Source: Patescibacteria group bacterium (GTDB taxonomy: Bacteria; Patescibacteriota; Patescibacteriia; JAHIZJ01). From it: a stretch of DNA of 64,000 nucleotides. Positions within the stretch are counted from its first letter, which is position 1; each line of letters begins with the position of its first letter. The stretch covers positions 64,232-128,231 of the forward strand of contig JAQTMH010000004.1 of NCBI GenBank assembly GCA_028714495.1, in the 5' to 3' direction. Of this stretch, positions 58,155 through 64,000 are shown in pieces. The notes below the pieces were generated by a model. That model was not told the origin of the DNA. It did not search any database and worked only from the letters and a program-made list of their open reading frames with translations. The translations under genes and the position numbers were made by a program.

Positions 58155-58264
58155 CTCGCCGCTTTTACTATTTAGGAAGATATTTAGGAAGAAGTGATGG
58201 ATCAATAATAAATTATCCCTTTGGATTGATTTTTTGCTTGATTAGGGGTAAACTTTAAAAAAGA

Positions 58265-58417
58265 TAGGACTTACGCGCTTGCCGCTTTCGACCCGGCGAA
58301 GCCGGGTCAGTAAGCGGCTTTACCACCCAATCCGCCAAAGAGGCGGATTGGGAACCCGATTTGGCCAATTTCTTCCCCCGGATTTAATCCGGGGTTGTCT
58401 CAAACGTGTAAGTCCTA
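58265..58417. mobile_element. MITE-like element, TA-GGACTTACGCG...CGTGTAAGTCC-TA
   Basis: Terminal inverted repeat with flanking TA and three internal hairpins; second right end at 46-105. Confidence 0.8.
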
Positions 58418-58441
58418 AAAGAATTATAAATTAAGAGTATT

Positions 58442-59236
58442 ATGTCAAAAAAATCAATCTCCGAACTGTTTAATTTAAGCGGCCAGACTGCCGTGGTCAC
58501 TGGCGGGGCCATGGGGATCGGTTTCGGCATCGTTAAGCGTTTGCATGAGGCCGGAGCCAACGTTGTCATCGCCGATTTGGCCGAAAAGGAAGGCCAGCAG
58601 AAAATCGAGCAACTAGGTGAGCGGGCGCTTTTTATAAAAACTGATGTCAGTAGTGAGGCTGACGTGAAAAAATTAATCAGCGCCACGGTTGAGAAATTCG
58701 GCGGATTGGACATTTTCGTTAATAACGCTGGGATTTACCCTTCCGCATCGGCGCTGACTATGGACGTTCAGCTATGGGACAAAGTACAGGCAGTGAACAT
58801 GCGCAGCGTGTTTCTGTGTTGCCGGGAAGCGGCTGGGGTAATGGTCAAAAAAGGAAAGGGCAATATTATCAATATTGCTTCGATTGACGCCTTGCATCCG
58901 AGCCAGATCGGCTTGGCCGCTTATGACGCTTCAAAACACGGTGTGTGGGGGTTTACTAAGAATTTTGCCCTGGAATTAGGTAAGCAGGGTGTGCGAATTA
59001 ACGCCGTTGCTCCAGGCGGCATAGCCACCGAGGGCGTGGCCAAGATGAGTGAGCCGGCTGCCGCTGCCAGTATTGACATGAAAGAAATGACTAAGCAGTT
59101 CTTGGCAAAGATACCGCTTGGCCGCATGGGCGAGCCGGATGAAATTGGTACGGTTGTCTTATTTCTTGCCAGTGATGCGTCTTCATACATGACTGGCTCA
59201 ATGATTGTTGTTGATGGAGGAGCGTTATTGGCGTAG
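58442..59236 (+). CDS. Short-chain dehydrogenase/reductase
   Basis: TGGAMGIG, NNAG, YDASK, NAVAPG. Confidence 0.95.
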   Translation: MSKKSISELFNLSGQTAVVTGGAMGIGFGIVKRLHEAGANVVIADLAEKEGQQKIEQLGERALFIKTDVSSEADVKKLISATVEKFGGLDIFVNNAGIYPSASALTMDVQLWDKVQAVNMRSVFLCCREAAGVMVKKGKGNIINIASIDALHPSQIGLAAYDASKHGVWGFTKNFALELGKQGVRINAVAPGGIATEGVAKMSEPAAAASIDMKEMTKQFLAKIPLGRMGEPDEIGTVVLFLASDASSYMTGSMIVVDGGALLA

Positions 59237-59399
59237 ATCGGCAACCAATAACGATATGAATGGCTTGAGATTCCAAACCATCCCGTATTTTGTAGTGGTT
59301 AGCTTGAAGACTTGGAAATCATCCGGGGCGGCTCGCGGAGCAGAGGGTTTTTATATTTATGCAATGGTGTTGGGGGATAAAGCATGCTAAAATTAGTCA

Positions 59400-59999
59400 A
59401 TGATTATTGGCATTAGTATAAAACTGGTGTGCGCTGTTCTGGCCGGTTCTATCGCGGTAGTCGCGGGGTTCTGGCCGTATATTCGTGATATCTATCGGCA
59501 CAAAACAAAACCCCACGCATACACTTGGCTGATTTGGACTATTACCCAGGGTACTGTGTTCGTGGGTTTGTTACTGGGCAACGGCGGCTGGGCAACATGG
59601 GCCATGGCTTTAGGTGTGAGTATAAATATAATTGTTCTAACGCTTTCCTTGCGTTATGGTACGCGGAACATCACCCGGGGGGATTCGATTATTCTGATTG
59701 CCGCCTTATTGGCAATAGTGGTATGGTGGCAGTTGCGTAATCCGCTGCTGGCGTTGATAATGGTATCGCTGATAGATATCATGGGGTATATCCCAAGTTT
59801 CAGAAAAACATACAAAGAGCCATGGTCAGAAACCGCGCTATCCTGGGCAATTTTCACCATAACAAACACACTGACGATTTTTGCGCTCAGTGAATATAAC
59901 TTTATGACGATGGCTTATCTAGTTTCTATTACTACGGCTAATCTGACGCTTCTGTTGATTTGTTTGATCCGAAGACGGGTCATCTCGGATCCGGGATAA
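59400..59999 (+). CDS. Membrane protein (PQ-loop-like duplicated architecture)
   Basis: PYIRDI....TKP..TW and IPSFRKTY..P.SE...W repeats; about 7 TM. Confidence 0.75.
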   Translation: MIIGISIKLVCAVLAGSIAVVAGFWPYIRDIYRHKTKPHAYTWLIWTITQGTVFVGLLLGNGGWATWAMALGVSINIIVLTLSLRYGTRNITRGDSIILIAALLAIVVWWQLRNPLLALIMVSLIDIMGYIPSFRKTYKEPWSETALSWAIFTITNTLTIFALSEYNFMTMAYLVSITTANLTLLLICLIRRRVISDPG

Positions 60000-60125
60000 C
60001 CTGCCCGATTTTGCCAACGAGGCAAACTTGCTGGAAGGCGGGCTTTGGGAGCTGGGTGCTGAAGCAGGACATGGAGACGAAATAAAAGTCGTCTTCTTTT
60101 ATGATTCCTAAATTTCAAACTCGTA

Positions 60126-60692
60126 TTAGTTCTTGAGCTGCTTAATTTCTTTTTTCAGTTCCACCATCTTTAGTTCCCGTCCAACCATCAGTTTGTTCAG
60201 CTTTGATAGTTCATCAACGCGAGCCTCAAGTTCGGCTGTTTTCTCGGCAATGCCTTTTTCAAGATTTTTAGTATAATCGGCCAACTTTTTTTCAATCGTC
60301 TTTTTTAACGTGATATCTTCGATGGCCAATAAAATCTGTTGCGTCGCATCCAACTGTCTGGCATTTAGTATCATTATTTTCAGTCCAATATTAGGAAATT
60401 CATGGGTAACCTCAAAATCGTTGAGAGATTTTTTCTGCGGTAGAATATTCTCCAATAGCCGGCGAAGCTCGGGAATATTCCACTGGCCATTTCCTAAATC
60501 ATAAATGAGTTGATTCTCCGTTCCTTCTTTGGCTACTTGGAATATTTTGTAGAAAGCGGTATTTGCCGCGACTACTCGAAGGTCAGGGTTAAGAATTAGA
60601 AACGGCTCTCTGGCCGTATTGCAGAAACTGCTGATGTAGTACAAAGCAGTCTCTCTGTCTGATTTTTTCGGAGTCCCCTCCTTTTTTTTCAT
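60126..60692 (-). CDS. PAS domain plus coiled-coil protein with no output domain
   Basis: REPFLIL..DLRV..AN.AFY..F, LGNGQWNIPELR.LLE, C-terminal VGRELKMVELK. Confidence 0.85.
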   Translation of the reverse strand: MKKKEGTPKKSDRETALYYISSFCNTAREPFLILNPDLRVVAANTAFYKIFQVAKEGTENQLIYDLGNGQWNIPELRRLLENILPQKKSLNDFEVTHEFPNIGLKIMILNARQLDATQQILLAIEDITLKKTIEKKLADYTKNLEKGIAEKTAELEARVDELSKLNKLMVGRELKMVELKKEIKQLKN

Positions 60693-61073
60693 AAAATTCC
60701 CCTCCTATATTTAATATTTAATAGTTTTAACGAATAATTATTGATTCATACTAATAAAATTACGTATCATTTCCAGGCAGCTGGCAGTATTTATTTACAA
60801 TCCCATCGATTACGCGAGTTATGGAATGGATTTTTATGTCTTTTATATGAACGATGCTCTATTTTTAATATTAAAACAAAGAAAATTTATGTCAATAATG
60901 GAGATGTGCCTCATGTCGTATGCCCGCAAATCAATGGTTTTTTACTGCGAACGCGAGGATGGCCACGGAGATTGCGTCGAGCATTTATAGCATCTAAAAG
61001 AAAAAAACGTGAAGATTCGCTGGGGAATCAAGTAGCATAGTCATTGCTATTTGATAGATTTGAATATATATTG

Positions 61074-61243
61074 TATAATAAAGAGTATCAAAGTCTGTTA
61101 TATTTTTATGAAACGGGGGGACATAAAAATAAGCCGAAGTATCTGTATTTATGCTCAATCAGTAAGGAGGGCAGATAGCTTTTCAGATTTTCTTATTTTG
61201 AAACACCTCATTGTTTAAAGTCGACAATGAGTTTTTTATTTTT
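61074..61243 (+). other. Candidate leader/sRNA upstream of the sensor kinase
   Basis: TATAAT at 61074; terminator CTCATTG...CAATGAG plus T-run at about 61208-61243. Confidence 0.3.
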
Positions 61244-61328
61244 TGGAAACTAGCTGTTTGATTGAGTTTTATACACTCATCTTAAACCATTGGTTTTATC
61301 TACTGGAAGTATCCAATTAAATATCAAT

Positions 61329-63824
61329 ATGCGTAAGTGGAGATGGGGCGCCCTTCTTGTTCTGGTCGTTGGTTTTATTGTTTTCGCGCTTTACGCGGGG
61401 AGCGAGGCTTTAGCGGCCGATGAAGCTAAAACGATCAGAGTAGGAATTTACGACAACAAACCAAAAGTTTACCTCGATGACAATGGTGTGGCCGCCGGCC
61501 TTTTCCCGGACATTTTAAATTATATTTCGGAAAAGGAAAACTGGCAGTTAGAATACGTTTTTGGAACCTGGGAAGAGGGCTTAACTCGTCTTGAGAATGG
61601 CGAGATCGACGTGATGGTGGACATGGCGCTTTCAGAAGAGAGACAGGAAAGATACGATTTCACAAATGAGACCATATTCAGCAGCTGGGGGATAGTTTTT
61701 GTTCGCAAAAATTCCACTATAAAATCCTTTCAGGATCTTGATGGTAAGAAAATCGCGGTTTTGGAATCAAGCGTTTATTATGGCGGATCAGAGGGAATTG
61801 ACCGGTATTTGAAAGCCTTTGATTTGAAAGCGGAATTAATTACTGTTTCTAAACAAGCCGATGTCTTTGATATATTAAATCAAGGAGAAGTTGATGCGGG
61901 CGTGGTAAGCCGGGTTTTTGCCTTGATTAACCAAAAAGATTACCCAGAAATAAAACAGACGGATCTATTTTTCAGTCCCACGGAATTGCGATTTGCCCTT
62001 ACGAAAGGCAAGACCGACAATCAATATTTAATTGAAAGACTGGATTACTGGGTGAAAGAACTGAAAGAAGGTTATGACGGCGCTTATCAGCAGATGTTGA
62101 AGCGTCATGGTTTGACGGGGATAGCTAATGGCAAAGAGGTGGTTCCCAGGTGGATTTTTATTACGGTATTCGCGGGCGCGTTATTTTTACTATTATCGTG
62201 GCTGATTATCGCCAGGTTGCGGCGCGCGAGAATGATCGCCCTCCGGGAGCTGAAAGAGAGCGAGCAATTTCATAAAGCGCTTGTCGAAGCGGCGGACCGG
62301 GCGGGAATAGGCATTGTCATTCTACAGAACGTCAAGGACAGAGAAGCGGCGATAGTATCGGTTAACGATCAGGCGTGCAGCATATCAGGCTATTCGCGAG
62401 AGGAGTCGCTGAAGATGTCTATTCAAGACGTTATACCTGCCGATATTATCAAGCAGATCATGACAAGATACAGGAGCAGGCAGCGGGGCAGTCCTGCGCC
62501 GTATTCCTATGAAACAGCGATTGCGCGTAAAGACAAAACGAAGGTTCCTATAATAATCAGTCTCGCTATAATGAAGCTTCATGGCAAGACGGCCACGGTT
62601 GTGTATTTCAGAGATATTACAGAAAGTAAAAAATCCGAAGAGGAGATTAAAAAACACGAGAACGAACTAGAAAAATCCCAGGAAGCTCTTATGAACGTGT
62701 TGGAGGATTTGCGTATCGAAAAAAACAGACTGGAAGAGGCAAGGGTCAAAGATGAAGCAATTTTAGGAAGTATTGCCGATGGGGTTATTGTTGTTAACAA
62801 GGACAGCAAGATAATTCTTATGAATCAGGCCGCTGAAAAAATGCTAGGCTGGAAAAGAGAAGCGGCATTGGGCAGACCATGGTTTGAAATTTTACAGCGG
62901 GAAGACGAAAAAGGTCGTTCCGTATCCCCAGAAACAGGAGCCATCCAGGTGGCGCTCTCAAAAGAAAAAGTTACCGCCGCCGACTCTTATTATTACGTCC
63001 GCAAGAACAAAACAAGATTTGCCGCATTTAGAACGGTATCTCCCATTATTATGGGTAAGAAAGTAATCGGCGCCATAAATGTTTTCCGCGACGTTACGCA
63101 TGAAAGGGAGATTGACAAGATGAAAGACGAATTTTTAATCGTCGTTTCTCATGAATTGCGGACTCCGATGACGGCAATCATGGGCAATATTGATATGGTT
63201 TTGAAAGGCCAGGCTGGCCCGATTAGTGAAGAGGTCAGGGAATATCTGAAAGACGTAGCCATTGCTTCTGATCGGCTGATCAATCTGGTCAATGACATGC
63301 TCAATGTTTCCCGTATTGAAGCTGGCAGTTCAAAATTTATTCCCAAGCCGGTGGATATTTCTGTCTTGATACGATCTGTGATTAAAAATTTTGAGACCCT
63401 TGCTAGAGAAAAGAAACTCGTCTTGAAATATAAACCGGGAAGGAATTTGCCGTCAGTATTTGCCGACCCGGATAAAGTAGTCCAAATACTGAATAATATC
63501 ATCAGCAACGCGATCAGGTTCACCCCAAAAGGGTCAGTGGGCGTCACAACCGATTATCAACGCGACATGGTTATTGTCCACGTCAAAGATACGGGTATCG
63601 GTATTTCCGAGGAAGATAAGGAAAAATTATTTAAAAAATTTACCCAACTTGATTCCAGTATGGCGAGAGAAACAAAGGGGACCGGACTGGGTCTTTATGT
63701 CAGCAGGCAAATTGTCCAGCAAATGAAGGGAGATATTTGGATGGACAGCGATGGTTTAGACAAGGGGTCGACCTTCAGTTTTTCCCTGCCGATTGCTGGC
63801 AGCAAAAAGCCAAGAAAAAAGTGA
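61329..63824 (+). CDS. Sensor histidine kinase (extracellular solute-binding domain, TM, 2 PAS, HisKA, HATPase)
   Basis: SHELRTP, NAIRFT, DTGIGI, GTGLGL; PBPb-like N-terminus. Confidence 0.95.
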   Translation: MRKWRWGALLVLVVGFIVFALYAGSEALAADEAKTIRVGIYDNKPKVYLDDNGVAAGLFPDILNYISEKENWQLEYVFGTWEEGLTRLENGEIDVMVDMALSEERQERYDFTNETIFSSWGIVFVRKNSTIKSFQDLDGKKIAVLESSVYYGGSEGIDRYLKAFDLKAELITVSKQADVFDILNQGEVDAGVVSRVFALINQKDYPEIKQTDLFFSPTELRFALTKGKTDNQYLIERLDYWVKELKEGYDGAYQQMLKRHGLTGIANGKEVVPRWIFITVFAGALFLLLSWLIIARLRRARMIALRELKESEQFHKALVEAADRAGIGIVILQNVKDREAAIVSVNDQACSISGYSREESLKMSIQDVIPADIIKQIMTRYRSRQRGSPAPYSYETAIARKDKTKVPIIISLAIMKLHGKTATVVYFRDITESKKSEEEIKKHENELEKSQEALMNVLEDLRIEKNRLEEARVKDEAILGSIADGVIVVNKDSKIILMNQAAEKMLGWKREAALGRPWFEILQREDEKGRSVSPETGAIQVALSKEKVTAADSYYYVRKNKTRFAAFRTVSPIIMGKKVIGAINVFRDVTHEREIDKMKDEFLIVVSHELRTPMTAIMGNIDMVLKGQAGPISEEVREYLKDVAIASDRLINLVNDMLNVSRIEAGSSKFIPKPVDISVLIRSVIKNFETLAREKKLVLKYKPGRNLPSVFADPDKVVQILNNIISNAIRFTPKGSVGVTTDYQRDMVIVHVKDTGIGISEEDKEKLFKKFTQLDSSMARETKGTGLGLYVSRQIVQQMKGDIWMDSDGLDKGSTFSFSLPIAGSKKPRKK

Positions 63825-63856
63825 TATATTAAGCAGGAGAGTGAGTGACTAACCAT

Positions 63857-64000
63857 ATGAAAAAAATTTTACTTATTGAAGACGAGGCCCTAATGCGGAG
63901 AATGTTCCAGCGAATCCTTACCAAGAAAGACGGCTTTCAATTGACAACGGCTACGAGCGGCGAGGAAGGGCTAAAAATGATCAAGAAAGAAAAACCCGAT
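63857..64000 (+). CDS. Response regulator receiver domain (truncated by window end)
   Basis: MKKILLIEDE...TATSGEEGLKMIKKEKPD. Confidence 0.88.
   Translation, partial: MKKILLIEDEALMRRMFQRILTKKDGFQLTTATSGEEGLKMIKKEKPD

Noticed and set aside
60741-61040. 99-aa ORF in the PAS/kinase spacer
   Set aside because: TTG start, no SD, no motifs, AT-rich regulatory-looking DNA.

Overview
This is a 64 kb chromosomal window, most likely from a Patescibacteria (CPR) bacterium using genetic code 11. That placement is inferred from the streamlined gene set, a bacterial Elp3, CPR-type small proteins and AT-rich leaders without an SD on most core genes. Housekeeping genes include elp3, two PMM/PGM paralogs, murI, trpS, rnj, secG, uvrC, uvrA, truD, groES-groEL with a perfect CIRCE, ppsA and dnaG-rpoD. 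There are three tRNAs: Leu-CAG, Ser-GGA and an Asn-GTT split by a 224-nt group I intron that sits next to a free-standing HNH gene. The window also carries a 1438-aa surface protein, an accessory tract downstream of tRNA-Ser (HEPN protein, RAYT remnant with REPs) and many MITE/REP palindromes. Most notable observations: (1) elp3 abuts a Trm9/ALKBH8-like methyltransferase head-to-head with no spacer, suggesting a eukaryote/archaea-like cm5U to mcm5U wobble pathway; (2) the intron-split tRNA-Asn plus HNH; (3) a gene-free 1.6 kb stretch of promoter-terminator units (sRNAs or micro-ORFs); (4) at least 7 orphan cassettes, each with a promoter and strong SD, most with a terminator, several sharing a CT(G/A)TCAAC leader motif; (5) a duplicated elp3 3' end bracketing one such cassette; (6) in-frame insertions in trpS, elp3 and uvrC. 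All calls come from motif reading by eye; no searches were run.
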